Virus record (IMG/VR): IMGVR_UViG_3300023180_000017
DNA length: 64,000 bases
Origin: a virus
Direction: 5' to 3' (one strand)
Shown: positions 27,742 to 37,087 of the stretch, one piece after another
Numbering within the stretch: position 1 is the stretch's first letter
Layout: each line of letters starts with the position of its first letter
Notes under the pieces: generated by a model
Databases searched by the model: none
What the model was told of the DNA's origin: nothing
Seen by the model: only the letters and a program-made list of their open reading frames with translations
Made by a program: the position numbers and the translations under genes

Positions 27742-28683
27742 ATGGCTTTTATTTTACTTTTATTAACATCCGCTCTTGCAGTATCATCTGTAGCAGCATA
27801 CTTTTCTATAATTGGATTAACCACGATATTCCCCGCAGCTTATGCGGAGATTATTGCAATGGGTGTTGTATTGGAAATTGCCAAACTTGTTACAGCGTCA
27901 TGGGTTTATAGGTATTGGCATACCGCCACTAAACTATTAAAATCCTATTTTACATTAGCTGTAATTGTTTTATCCTTTATTACTTCTATAGGTATCTTTG
28001 GTTACTTGTCTAGAGCACATATAGATCAAACGGCTGTTAATCAAGACTACACCTTAAATATGGAAGTAATTGAGTTTAGACTAGAAGCAGAGAGAGGCAA
28101 ACTACAACAGGCAAGAGATCGTATTGCAGGGCTTGATGATACTCTGAGAACATCACGTGGTGAAGATAAAAACTATGTGAACAGAACACAGAGAGAAGAA
28201 AGAGAACAATTAAATGCAGAAATGGACGAGGCAGTTGCTAATATAGACGCCTTGAACTTACAGTTGCTGCCAATGAGGCAGGAAGTAGCTGTTATGGATG
28301 CAGAGTTAGGTCCAATAAAATACATCGCAGAACTATTTTATTCTGAGTCTACTAAGAACGCTGTAGATAGTGCAGTTAGAATAATCATTATGTTGTTAAT
28401 ATTTGTATTTGATCCATTAGCCATTCTATTAGTTGTAGCTGCCAATATGAGTTGGGCCCAGCGCAATGGAGAGCAGATTACCTTTTTGGGAGAAGAGGCA
28501 TTGACAAAAGAGCCTGAAGAGTTTAATATAAGCACTACTGAGGAACCTAAAAAAAAGAAAGATGAAGGTGAAGACTCTTGGGTATCCTTAAAATATGGTT
28601 CTTCTTCTAGAATGGACAAAGCCAAAGAAAGAGAACTTAAATGGTTAATAGATAGGAAGAGAAAAAATGCCAAACGTAACTAA
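27742..28683 (+). CDS. Multi-TM coiled-coil membrane protein conserved in large phages
   Basis: LEIAKLV, TSIGIFGYLSRAH, ELGPIKYIA and FVFDPLA motifs. Confidence 0.7.
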   Translation: MAFILLLLTSALAVSSVAAYFSIIGLTTIFPAAYAEIIAMGVVLEIAKLVTASWVYRYWHTATKLLKSYFTLAVIVLSFITSIGIFGYLSRAHIDQTAVNQDYTLNMEVIEFRLEAERGKLQQARDRIAGLDDTLRTSRGEDKNYVNRTQREEREQLNAEMDEAVANIDALNLQLLPMRQEVAVMDAELGPIKYIAELFYSESTKNAVDSAVRIIIMLLIFVFDPLAILLVVAANMSWAQRNGEQITFLGEEALTKEPEEFNISTTEEPKKKKDEGEDSWVSLKYGSSSRMDKAKERELKWLIDRKRKNAKRN

Positions 28684-28939
28684 TTATCATCCAAAAAGAA
28701 ACGATACAGACTGGCAGGACGAAGCTAAAAAGTTATTGTCCAAGTTTAATTGTAAAGTTGTATTTCACAAAGCTAACGGCGAAATCAGAGAAATGGTTTG
28801 CACGTTAAAGTCTAACGTTATCCCTCAAGTGGAAAACAAAGAACCCGTTACCCACAAAAATCTAGTTGTCTTTGATACAGAGAAGAATGGCTGGAGATCT
28901 ATAGTCTTCGATCGTATCATATCTTTCAAAGTTATTTAA
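28667..28939 (+). CDS. DUF2693 / WYL-like SH3-fold protein
   Basis: VVFHKANGEIREM.CTL...VFD.EK.GWRS. Confidence 0.7.
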   Translation: MPNVTNYHPKRNDTDWQDEAKKLLSKFNCKVVFHKANGEIREMVCTLKSNVIPQVENKEPVTHKNLVVFDTEKNGWRSIVFDRIISFKVI

Positions 28940-28958
28940 TTTTTGGTACAATCAAGTC

Positions 28959-28987
28959 TTGACAGGCACTTCTGTTTGTCTTATAAT
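28959..28987 (+). promoter_or_regulatory. sigma70-type promoter with upstream TTTTGGTAC box
   Basis: TTGACA-N17-TATAAT. Confidence 0.85.
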
Positions 28988-29020
28988 TATATGTATGAAT
29001 AAACAAAAAGGAGTCCTTTC

Positions 29021-30127
29021 ATGGCAAAAAGAAAACGTAGTACCTATGTGCTTACAGAACCAGATTGGAGTAAATACCAATCTATAACAGATGAACAGCA
29101 ACGAGAAAAAGCTTTTCAAGAACTAGGCTATTTTGTACATTATGAAATAGCAGACAAAACTCTCATTAAGTCTTTTAAGGAATGGATGCGTAAAAAGTCT
29201 GGCTGGGACAAGCAAGACATTACAAACATTTTAAAATTGACTGACTCCACATTTTCACACGTAGGTAAGTATGCCTTTATAGAAAGTAAAGTAGGTTACA
29301 TGCCTACTTCTTGTGTTGAGTTTATTGAGAAAAAGAAAGAACCTTGGGCGAGTAAAGGTGCAGAAAAAATTGAAGCATCTGAGGAAAAGCCTAAAGTTGT
29401 TAGAATACGAGAAAACTTACCTAACGCATTAGAGTACATTGAGAAATGTGTTGATGATTTTATTGAGACAGGTAAGGTCCCAGTCAATTGGAATGTTGTA
29501 TCTACATGTGGACTGAACAGAGCTGAGACACAAGAATTGTTTGATATACTAGGCGGCTGGAAAGGCGAGTTGGAAGAACTACAAACTGTTAGACAGATGA
29601 CAAATAGATCAGACTGGGACGAACAGTTAGTAGAAGGCTACTCGCACATTAGCAAGCCCAATACAAAGAAACTGATACAGATGTATACAGACGTTGAAAC
29701 GTCTGTCATGCAGTCTCAGCAGGCTAAGAAAATTACACGCATTAGGAAAAAGCGTCCTACAGATAAGAACAAAGTTGTTAAACGTCTTAGGTTTCTAAAG
29801 GAGTTTAAAGAACTAGATATTGTAAGTATCAATCCTGTGGACATTATAGGCTCCTCAGAAGTATGGTACTATGATGTTAAACGTAAACGCTTAGGTGTAT
29901 ATGCCTCTGACTTTGCAGGTGGTTTAGGAGTTAAGGGTACAGCTATTGAAAACTATGGCACGACATCCTATGAGAAAACAGTTAGGAAACCCGAGGAGGT
30001 TATTCCTAAATTTATGGCATGTAGGATTAATGGACTACATAAGTTTATGGAGTCTGTACGTGGTAAGAAAATGACAGTTAGAACAAGGGTACAGCCTAAC
30101 TCTGTATTGTTAAAGGTAAAGCAATGA
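29021..30127 (+). CDS. Conserved hypothetical T4-like phage protein
   Basis: QLVEGYS, SINPVDIIG, VKGT and KTVRKP motifs; AGGAG SD. Confidence 0.7.
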   Translation: MAKRKRSTYVLTEPDWSKYQSITDEQQREKAFQELGYFVHYEIADKTLIKSFKEWMRKKSGWDKQDITNILKLTDSTFSHVGKYAFIESKVGYMPTSCVEFIEKKKEPWASKGAEKIEASEEKPKVVRIRENLPNALEYIEKCVDDFIETGKVPVNWNVVSTCGLNRAETQELFDILGGWKGELEELQTVRQMTNRSDWDEQLVEGYSHISKPNTKKLIQMYTDVETSVMQSQQAKKITRIRKKRPTDKNKVVKRLRFLKEFKELDIVSINPVDIIGSSEVWYYDVKRKRLGVYASDFAGGLGVKGTAIENYGTTSYEKTVRKPEEVIPKFMACRINGLHKFMESVRGKKMTVRTRVQPNSVLLKVKQ

Positions 30128-31023
30128 TAGTTGTAGATTTTAATCAGACTGCCATTGCTAACTTCATGGCAGAAATAGGGGGGCGTAAAGATGTGTCTGT
30201 AGACGTAGACTTGCCTTTGTTGCGACATATGATTATTAATACAATTCGCTCGTATAATGTAAAGTTTAGCGAGGAGTATGGCAATCTTGTACTGGCTATG
30301 GATAATCGTAGATACTGGAGACGTGATTACTTTCCTTATTATAAGGCACATCGTAAAAAGGGTAGGGAGGAAAGTCCTCTAGATTGGAACTCTATATTTG
30401 AGGCACTAAATCAAATTAGAAATGAACTAGATGAGTTCTTCCCCTATCCCTGTATTGATGTAGAAGGTGCAGAAGCAGATGATGTTATTGGCACGCTTGC
30501 TGAGTATAGTCAAACATCTGGAAAAGGCACAGGTGGATTGTTTGATGATCCAGAGCCTGAACCCTTTTTAATTATTAGTGGAGATCACGACTTTAATCAA
30601 CTGCAGAAGTATTCTAATGTTAAACAGTATGCTCCTGCATTTAAGAAATGGGTTAAGATTAAAGAGCCTGCTTCTCAAGTGTTAATGGAACATATCATTA
30701 CAGGAGACAAAGGCGACGGCATTCCTAATATGCTATCTGAAGATGATACTTTTGTAGAAGGTAAACGTCAACGTCCTATTAAAAGGGCCTTGCTTGCAGA
30801 ATGGAAAAAGCAAAAGCCCGAGGAGTTTGTTATAAATTCGGAGATGGCTTCTGGATTTACAAGGAATCAGTTGTTAGTGGATTTATCCAAAACACCGGAT
30901 GAGATTAAGAAAGCTATTATAAATAGTTATGAGGCACAACAGGGCGGAGACAGAAGCCAGTTGTTAAATTATTTTATTAAAAACAAAATGCGTAATATGA
31001 TGGAAGTCATTACAGATTTTTAG
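30124..31023 (+). CDS. rnh: T4-type RNase H (5'-3' exonuclease)
   Basis: YWR..FPYYKA.R, EADD, SGDHDF.QL and GDKGDGIPN motifs. Confidence 0.92.
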   Translation: MIVVDFNQTAIANFMAEIGGRKDVSVDVDLPLLRHMIINTIRSYNVKFSEEYGNLVLAMDNRRYWRRDYFPYYKAHRKKGREESPLDWNSIFEALNQIRNELDEFFPYPCIDVEGAEADDVIGTLAEYSQTSGKGTGGLFDDPEPEPFLIISGDHDFNQLQKYSNVKQYAPAFKKWVKIKEPASQVLMEHIITGDKGDGIPNMLSEDDTFVEGKRQRPIKRALLAEWKKQKPEEFVINSEMASGFTRNQLLVDLSKTPDEIKKAIINSYEAQQGGDRSQLLNYFIKNKMRNMMEVITDF

Positions 31024-31032
31024 AGGTAAATT

Positions 31033-31524
31033 ATGAGAAAATTTAGACAGTTAGATGAAGCCCTAGATTGGGTAGTAGAGGCTAAAACAGGTGAAGGCAT
31101 TGCCGAAAGACTGAAGGAATGGGCAGCTAGTAATCAGTTAGCTGTTACAGTTGTTAGACTAGGAGTAGGTGCAGAAAAACTTGAATGGAATCTACCAGAA
31201 GGTATGCCATCTACTACCAAGTTGGAAGAAGATATTCCCGGTGGCATGGGTGAAACTACTATCAATCTAGAATGGAGACGTATTAAACAATTCTTTGATC
31301 CTCAAAGTAACATGAACAAACTACCCGATTGGAAGAGGGAAATTAATTGGGTTCAAATACTTGAAGGGTTGCATCACAAGGAAGCCAAACTATTGACAGC
31401 TATCAAGGATGGCAAACTTCTAAGCGAATATCCAGATTTAGAGAAATCTTTTGAAATTTTGGGTATTACAGGGTATAACACTCCTGTAAAAAAGAAAACT
31501 AGAAGCAAGAAGAAGGCAGCTTAA
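31033..31524 (+). CDS. Conserved T4-like protein downstream of rnh
   Basis: LPEG.P and KRE....QILEGLH..EA motifs. Confidence 0.7.
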   Translation: MRKFRQLDEALDWVVEAKTGEGIAERLKEWAASNQLAVTVVRLGVGAEKLEWNLPEGMPSTTKLEEDIPGGMGETTINLEWRRIKQFFDPQSNMNKLPDWKREINWVQILEGLHHKEAKLLTAIKDGKLLSEYPDLEKSFEILGITGYNTPVKKKTRSKKKAA

Positions 31525-32060
31525 AATAACTCATCAGTATCAGGACGATAAGGATCATAATACATACCTAACTGCCAACCTTCTGGAACAGGTTCAGACT
31601 TAGGTATTGTAGTCCTAACTCCGCCAGGGCCACAAACCCATTTACGCCTTTCTCTTGTAATCCAGGCTTCATGCATCTTTACACGAGTTGAGACACTATG
31701 CCTCCTGCCAAACATAGGATTATTCTCTCCACGTCTTGTTCCTTTCATTTTTTTAGATATGTTCTTTTTGTGAGTCTCACCCAAACCCTTTTTGGCTGGG
31801 TGTTTATCACCTAACTTGGCTTCACGTATTCTCTGTCTGCCTTCTTCTGTGTGCTTACGAGTACGCTTTCTAGCAGTATCATATACAACAGGCAGTCCTG
31901 TTTTCTCAGCTATATCTCTACAGAGTTCTATTGATGAAACACGTCTTAATAATTCACGTGGTTTAGGTACGTCCTGTACATGTAGGTTGTCTACAATGTA
32001 TAGTTCGTTCTTGTGTTGGAATATAAAAAATAAGGTAGCGTTATTCATTCTCACCAGCAT
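31521..32060 (-). CDS. NUMOD3 DNA-binding repeat protein
   Basis: HTEEGRQRIRE, GENNPMFGRRHS and PEGWQLG motifs; no catalytic nuclease motif seen. Confidence 0.7.
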   Translation of the reverse strand: MLVRMNNATLFFIFQHKNELYIVDNLHVQDVPKPRELLRRVSSIELCRDIAEKTGLPVVYDTARKRTRKHTEEGRQRIREAKLGDKHPAKKGLGETHKKNISKKMKGTRRGENNPMFGRRHSVSTRVKMHEAWITRERRKWVCGPGGVRTTIPKSEPVPEGWQLGMYYDPYRPDTDELF

Positions 32061-33363
32061 ACTCAGCTATAAGCTCACCTAAGCCATTTAGCTTTTCAAG
32101 TATGTTTCTAAAATATAATTCACCGTTAGTTTTTGTTTCAATCTTTACACGAATGCGAAGTATTCCTGTATTAATACCTCTAGCAAAAAGATCCATTTGT
32201 GGTAGTCCTGAAGATCCCACTCTAATTTCTGCTTTGAAAGGACCTAACTTATCAAATGCCTTTTCAAGGTTGTCAAAGGTATAGACTTTAGCCATACCAG
32301 ATTTTAATTGTACGAGTTGAACGTGTTTTTCATCTCTTGTGGCATGCCATTGTATGGCACTTGCGAATGCTTTTAGTGTATCCTTGTCGTCTTCACTAAA
32401 TTTTTTAGCTACTTCTGTAGCAACATGTTTGTAAATAAATTGAACAGCCTTTTTAGTTTCTGATTTCTTTAGGAAGGCTTCATATGTTGATCTTTGTCTA
32501 GATACATCCATTCCAAATAGTTGTTTCCAAAGTTTTATTTGTACATCAAAACCAGATCCACTTATTTGTCCAAACTGTTTTACATCTCCTGCTTTTAATG
32601 ATACATTGATGTCAATGTCTTTTAGTTCCTTATCGTGATTAGATAGTTTCACTCTAACATCAACCTTCGTGCCTGTTTGATCAGACAAGCCATCGGACAA
32701 TACTTGTACTCTATTATAGATATTGTTTTCATAAACTAAGTTTGCCCACTTCTTAACATAAGTTGCGTTGGCATATTTTACAGAGGCTTCTACCAACTTT
32801 TTTGTTTCTGGTAATGCTCTAATATTTCTATCAGCAAGTGCTTCCATATTGTTTTTTGCTAGTCCTAATACAAACTCTATATCGTCTAAAATAGCAGGGT
32901 TGGCGTTTGCTGATTTGTAATTGATTTGTTGCTTCGGATTCCTATTAAGTTTCATTAATACATTCTCTACATCTGAAGCACTGATGTCCCTATTTTTATT
33001 AATGAAACGAGCTGTAATAGCTGCACCAAATATACCTTCAGCAATATCACCTTGATTATAACCTTTGCCTTCCTTGTAATCCATAGTCTTTTCTAGGTGT
33101 CCTAAAGGTCTTTGTTTACCTGAGGCATCTTCCATCATTAACTTGTTATGTCCTTTTATTGCACTAACCAATGCTGACTCTTGAACTCTGCCTACAATGT
33201 ATTCTTTGCCGTCTATAATAAACTTCTTAGGAACATACTTACCACCTCCATGCTTAGATAAAACAGTATGCCCTGTTCCTTTTGTTGTGATAGATACAAA
33301 GGTAATGACACGAGCATCGCCATATTTTACGTCTAATAGTTTTGATTTAGAGAGGTCTGCCAT
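32041..33363 (-). CDS. Putative PD-(D/E)xK restriction-endonuclease-fold protein
   Basis: GDIAEG helix, KVDV and NVSLK motifs. Confidence 0.5.
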   Translation of the reverse strand: MADLSKSKLLDVKYGDARVITFVSITTKGTGHTVLSKHGGGKYVPKKFIIDGKEYIVGRVQESALVSAIKGHNKLMMEDASGKQRPLGHLEKTMDYKEGKGYNQGDIAEGIFGAAITARFINKNRDISASDVENVLMKLNRNPKQQINYKSANANPAILDDIEFVLGLAKNNMEALADRNIRALPETKKLVEASVKYANATYVKKWANLVYENNIYNRVQVLSDGLSDQTGTKVDVRVKLSNHDKELKDIDINVSLKAGDVKQFGQISGSGFDVQIKLWKQLFGMDVSRQRSTYEAFLKKSETKKAVQFIYKHVATEVAKKFSEDDKDTLKAFASAIQWHATRDEKHVQLVQLKSGMAKVYTFDNLEKAFDKLGPFKAEIRVGSSGLPQMDLFARGINTGILRIRVKIETKTNGELYFRNILEKLNGLGELIAEYAGENE

Positions 33364-33373
33364 TTCTAATCCT

Positions 33374-33404
33374 TATAAATAATGTTGGTTTTGTACTATT
33401 TATA
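33374..33404. promoter_or_regulatory. Pair of oppositely oriented late promoters serving divergent genes
   Basis: TATAAATA (+) at 33374-33381 and TATTTATA (minus-strand copy) at 33397-33404. Confidence 0.7.
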
Positions 33405-33416
33405 ATAGGAGTAAAA

Positions 33417-33896
33417 ATGGGAACCTTTAATAGATTAATGGACGCTACGTTTAGCGCTCCGAGAACATGGGAATTGAACTCAGCATTATCTTTTGATTGT
33501 GATAAAGTCACAGAACAAGACATTGCATCATTAAAGCAAGTAGGAGTTAAAGTATCTACCAAAGGTAGAGTAACTGCTTCTAAAGGCTTTAAGTCTGATT
33601 TAGCATCAGTTCCTAGAGCATGTTGGATGTTTATTGCACCTTTTGATATTGCAAGAGCAGGTGTTATTCACGATTACATCTATTTCTGTATTAGAAATTA
33701 CAGACACACCGTTGCCTTGAATGGTGATAAACCTGACATGGTAGTCGTTGGTAAAGCTAAAAAAGTAGCAGACGATATTTTTAAGGCTGCTATGGAGTCA
33801 TCTAAACCTGAGGTAGCAAAATGGAAGATCTTTTCTGCTTATTGGGCTGTCAAGTTATTTGGCCGTTGGTCAATTATTCCTAGGGAAGAACTTTAA
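33417..33896 (+). CDS. DUF1353-family protein
   Basis: GFKSDLASVPR, AGVIHDYIY, ADDIF and YWAVKLFG motifs. Confidence 0.8.
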   Translation: MGTFNRLMDATFSAPRTWELNSALSFDCDKVTEQDIASLKQVGVKVSTKGRVTASKGFKSDLASVPRACWMFIAPFDIARAGVIHDYIYFCIRNYRHTVALNGDKPDMVVVGKAKKVADDIFKAAMESSKPEVAKWKIFSAYWAVKLFGRWSIIPREEL

Positions 33897-33914
33897 TTTT
33901 GGTACTCTAGACTC

Positions 33915-33942
33915 TTGATATATTTCTCAAAAGAAGTATAAT
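33915..33942 (+). promoter_or_regulatory. sigma70-type promoter with upstream TTTTGGTAC box
   Basis: TTGATA-N16-TATAAT. Confidence 0.65.
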
Positions 33943-33948
33943 ATAGAC

Positions 33949-34194
33949 ATGAGTAAGATAAACGAACAAATTAAAGATGCTTCTGAAAATCAGGACGTCT
34001 TTGTAACACCAATAGACAAGATGAGCGTCTCCGAGATAGGTGACGCTCTTTCTTATGCCAGCAGTTTAGGCAATCTGCAAACCTACTGCTGTATAGTGAA
34101 GAACGGTATACGGGTACTGGAGTTCAATTTCATGTCAGACTACCGAGAATACTGCTACAGAATGGGCTATATGACACGTTCTGAGCAAATTTAA
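33949..34194 (+). CDS. Hypothetical protein (probably leaderless mRNA)
   Basis: Only 6 nt separate the -10 box from the ATG; no SD. Confidence 0.6.
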   Translation: MSKINEQIKDASENQDVFVTPIDKMSVSEIGDALSYASSLGNLQTYCCIVKNGIRVLEFNFMSDYREYCYRMGYMTRSEQI

Positions 34195-34259
34195 TTCAAC
34201 TTTTTTCACAAAGTCAATAAAATCAAGCACCTACAAGGGAAATCTTTTCGTCTGAATGC

Positions 34260-34288
34260 TTGACATTTGGCACAATAGGTGCTATAAT
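34260..34288 (+). promoter_or_regulatory. sigma70-type early promoter
   Basis: TTGACA-N17-TATAAT with TG extension. Confidence 0.9.
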
Positions 34289-34332
34289 GTTTACATAAAA
34301 TGAAGAAACAGACAAAAACAAGTGAGGTGTAT

Positions 34333-34578
34333 ATGTCAAAGTTTGTATATTTAGCTGCCACTGAAGGCAAAATCGAAGTTAGCGTAGAGCAAGAATTTGT
34401 AGGCTCTTCTAACACACCAGTTGGCTTAGCCCAAATCTTCCAAAACAATCAAATCAATGGTAGCGACGACATCTACTTTTCTAGCACCATTGACTTTGCA
34501 GAAGAGGAAGGCTTTGAAAGTAGAGAACAAGCCATTGAACTTATCCAAGAAGCAGTCAATTTAATGGAGGCAGCATAA
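34333..34578 (+). CDS. Hypothetical early protein
   Basis: GAGGTG SD. Confidence 0.7.
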   Translation: MSKFVYLAATEGKIEVSVEQEFVGSSNTPVGLAQIFQNNQINGSDDIYFSSTIDFAEEEGFESREQAIELIQEAVNLMEAA

Positions 34579-34787
34579 TGTTAGATGCAAGACATGGTGG
34601 TCCTTATGATCGTGGTAGCGCCGATAGTTATTATCAGCGAGGTTATAACCCTCATTATTATAAGGGTGACACCGGTAGTTCTGAGCGTGTGGAGTTACAA
34701 GATATGACTCCTCAGGAAATTGTAGAGTATTCTAAAGGCTATGCAGACAACGAGATGTGTCTCAGTAGTCGTAAGGTGTGGAAATAA
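34578..34787 (+). CDS. Hypothetical early protein
   Basis: HGGPYDRGSADSYY motif; translationally coupled. Confidence 0.7.
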   Translation: MLDARHGGPYDRGSADSYYQRGYNPHYYKGDTGSSERVELQDMTPQEIVEYSKGYADNEMCLSSRKVWK

Positions 34788-34984
34788 TGATAGCATATTG
34801 TGATTATATCGCTTATCGTTGCCAAGAAGGCTTGCGAGATGATAGCGAAAATCTATTAGGTAAGGTTGAGCCTACCAAAATGGATTTGAGTTCAGAGGGT
34901 TATTTTGTTTCTCCCAAGAAAACAATTCAGTTGGTTGATCGTAATGGTAAGTCCTATAAAATTACCATCGAGGAAGTAGAATGA
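34787..34984 (+). CDS. Hypothetical early protein
   Basis: TAATG coupling. Confidence 0.65.
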   Translation: MIAYCDYIAYRCQEGLRDDSENLLGKVEPTKMDLSSEGYFVSPKKTIQLVDRNGKSYKITIEEVE

Positions 34985-35250
34985 TTGATATTTTTGTAGA
35001 AGAAAAACATTCATGTGGTTCTGGTGTACAGCGCAAATTTAAATTTGACAACGGGTACACCCTTAGCGCAATTCAAACACCATTTTCATATGGTGGTAAG
35101 CAAGGTCTTTGGGAAATAGCTGTTTGGGATTCTAGAGACGAGTGGGCAACCAAAGACTTTTTCCCAGAACACGATGACGATGTCATGGGTTGGATGGAAT
35201 GGGAAGAAGTTGAATCTTTAGCAAAGGATGTAAGACTATGCTCGAATTAA
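34981..35250 (+). CDS. Hypothetical early protein
   Basis: FDNGY..S...SYGG.QGLWEIAV motif. Confidence 0.7.
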   Translation: MIDIFVEEKHSCGSGVQRKFKFDNGYTLSAIQTPFSYGGKQGLWEIAVWDSRDEWATKDFFPEHDDDVMGWMEWEEVESLAKDVRLCSN

Positions 35251-35402
35251 TAGGTTTAGCCGCAGTAATCTTTTTAGGCATCAAATACCTTCCAGACATT
35301 CTAATGTTTCTGGTTAAGTTCCTTTTTTGGGCTATTGTACTGGTTTTGGTACTTAAGGTATTCGGGTTTGTATTGTTCATTCCTAGCGTAATTATTTTTT
35401 AA
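35238..35402 (+). CDS. Small hydrophobic membrane protein (absent from ORF track)
   Basis: 54 aa, two TM-like segments. Confidence 0.6.
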   Translation: MLELIGLAAVIFLGIKYLPDILMFLVKFLFWAIVLVLVLKVFGFVLFIPSVIIF

Positions 35403-35408
35403 AAATGC

Positions 35409-35437
35409 TTGACAAACAGCTCATTAGATGCTATAAT
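35409..35437 (+). promoter_or_regulatory. sigma70-type early promoter
   Basis: TTGACA-N17-TATAAT with TG extension. Confidence 0.9.
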
Positions 35438-35472
35438 TATAATATGAAAAACAAAAAAAGTGAGGTAAAAAT

Positions 35473-35685
35473 ATGAGTTGTTTACATAATGAAAGAATCC
35501 TCGAAAGTATTTTCGATGATGTTTGTGAGATGACCACTAGTTCAATTCTACAAGAACTAGAAGGTGGAATGTTCTCAGGAATGTGTGAGTCATTCGATAT
35601 GAGAGTAGCTTTTACTGATAGAGATAAAGTCATAGAGCTATTGGTTAACAAAAGATTTGAAGAATTACCGGAGGGACCACAATGA
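35473..35685 (+). CDS. Hypothetical early protein
   Basis: GAGGT SD. Confidence 0.7.
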   Translation: MSCLHNERILESIFDDVCEMTTSSILQELEGGMFSGMCESFDMRVAFTDRDKVIELLVNKRFEELPEGPQ

Positions 35686-35873
35686 GTTTGACATTTGAAC
35701 AAGTAAAAATCCTAGCTGAGTGTTCAGTTAGGGACGGTGAACAAAGGTACACCGAGGATGATATTCGAGATATGGTAGGTTCTCCTTCCATTGAGGATAA
35801 TTATTGTTTGTGTGGTCTGCCTTTGGATAAGCCAGGCCCCGATTGTTATTCACACATGTCGCAGGGGTATTAA
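35682..35873 (+). CDS. Hypothetical early protein with Cys/His C-terminus
   Basis: CLCG...CYSHMSQGY; GGAGG SD. Confidence 0.7.
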   Translation: MSLTFEQVKILAECSVRDGEQRYTEDDIRDMVGSPSIEDNYCLCGLPLDKPGPDCYSHMSQGY

Positions 35874-35874
35874 G

Positions 35875-36060
35875 ATGCCAGGTAGTATTAGAATTGTAAT
35901 TGGTATGTCAATCCTGTTTGGCACAGCCGGCGGATTAGAATTAGATACCATGTCATTAGCAGAGGCTTTGATGTGGGCAATAGTAGGTGCTGGTATTGGA
36001 CTCAGTGGAGCCCAGGCAGCTAATCGTTTTGAAGAAGAGAATTATGGTAAGAAAGTCTAA
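35875..36060 (+). CDS. Small two-TM membrane protein
   Basis: Hydrophobic helices. Confidence 0.6.
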   Translation: MPGSIRIVIGMSILFGTAGGLELDTMSLAEALMWAIVGAGIGLSGAQAANRFEEENYGKKV

Positions 36061-36640
36061 AATTATTTTAACTGATTGTGATGGTGCCTGCCTAGATTGG
36101 GAGTTTGGCTTCCAAACATGGATGATGGCACATGGACACAAGATGGTAGACAAAAATGTCTACAGCGTAGCAGAACAATATGAGATGGAACAGACAAGTG
36201 CTAAACAGCTTGTTAGAACTTTTAATGAGTCAGCAGCAATTGGTTTCCTCCCTCCCCTACGTGATGCTCAATACTACATTAAGCTACTTCACGAAAAACA
36301 TCAGTACAGGTTTGTAGCAATTACTAGCCTGAGTCTCGATCCCTACGCTAAAAAGCTCAGAGAGCGTAACCTAGCCAAACTATTTGGACCTAATACATTT
36401 AAGGATGTAATTACTTTAGATTGTGGTGCAGATAAAGATGATGTTCTTGAAAGAGTATCCAAGCAATATCCAGGTGCTCTTTGGATTGAGGACAAGCCCG
36501 AGAACGTAGACGTGGGCATGAAGTACGGACTAAAAGGTATTCTAGTAGAACACGGACACAACCTGGATTACAAAGGTGACGCCATAGTTGTAAAGGACTG
36601 GGAGTCTATATATAATTTTGTAACCATGGGAGAGAAGTAA
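36044..36640 (+). CDS. HAD-superfamily hydrolase (T4 30.2-like)
   Basis: ILTDCDG motif I, AITS and IEDK motifs. Confidence 0.8.
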   Translation: MVRKSKIILTDCDGACLDWEFGFQTWMMAHGHKMVDKNVYSVAEQYEMEQTSAKQLVRTFNESAAIGFLPPLRDAQYYIKLLHEKHQYRFVAITSLSLDPYAKKLRERNLAKLFGPNTFKDVITLDCGADKDDVLERVSKQYPGALWIEDKPENVDVGMKYGLKGILVEHGHNLDYKGDAIVVKDWESIYNFVTMGEK

Positions 36641-36903
36641 TGACACAGCATAAAGAAATTGTAGAAAAGAGGAGAATCTATTTGGAAGCCATGGATTGGG
36701 CAAAGAGTATTGATAATCTTCACGTGTTCAATACCTTCAAGGTTAATATGTGGTACGACAATCGTAGAACTGATGGGCAGGTAACAGACATCACATATAA
36801 CGATGGAACTATTCTCCGTGAGCTAAAGGATGGCAGCAAAGTTGTTATGCAAGAAGGAATTTCGGGGGAAGAATTAATTAATAAATATCGTAGGAGCAGC
36901 TAA
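36640..36903 (+). CDS. Hypothetical protein
   Basis: Coupled ORF. Confidence 0.65.
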   Translation: MTQHKEIVEKRRIYLEAMDWAKSIDNLHVFNTFKVNMWYDNRRTDGQVTDITYNDGTILRELKDGSKVVMQEGISGEELINKYRRSS

Positions 36904-36904
36904 T

Positions 36905-37087
36905 ATGATTATTAGTGAATCAGAAACGAAAAAGTTAGAGCTCGAGGCTCGTGTCTTTGTTTTAGAAAGATTTGTTAAAAGAATGCTAGACCCTGAGGGA
37001 TTTGGCTTTGCAGTAACAGCTGAGGTAAGAGACGAGGCGAGAGTTCTACTAGGATTGAACCGAGTAGAAACATGTCAAAAATCTTAA
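36905..37087 (+). CDS. Hypothetical protein
   Basis: AGGAG SD. Confidence 0.6.
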   Translation: MIISESETKKLELEARVFVLERFVKRMLDPEGFGFAVTAEVRDEARVLLGLNRVETCQKS

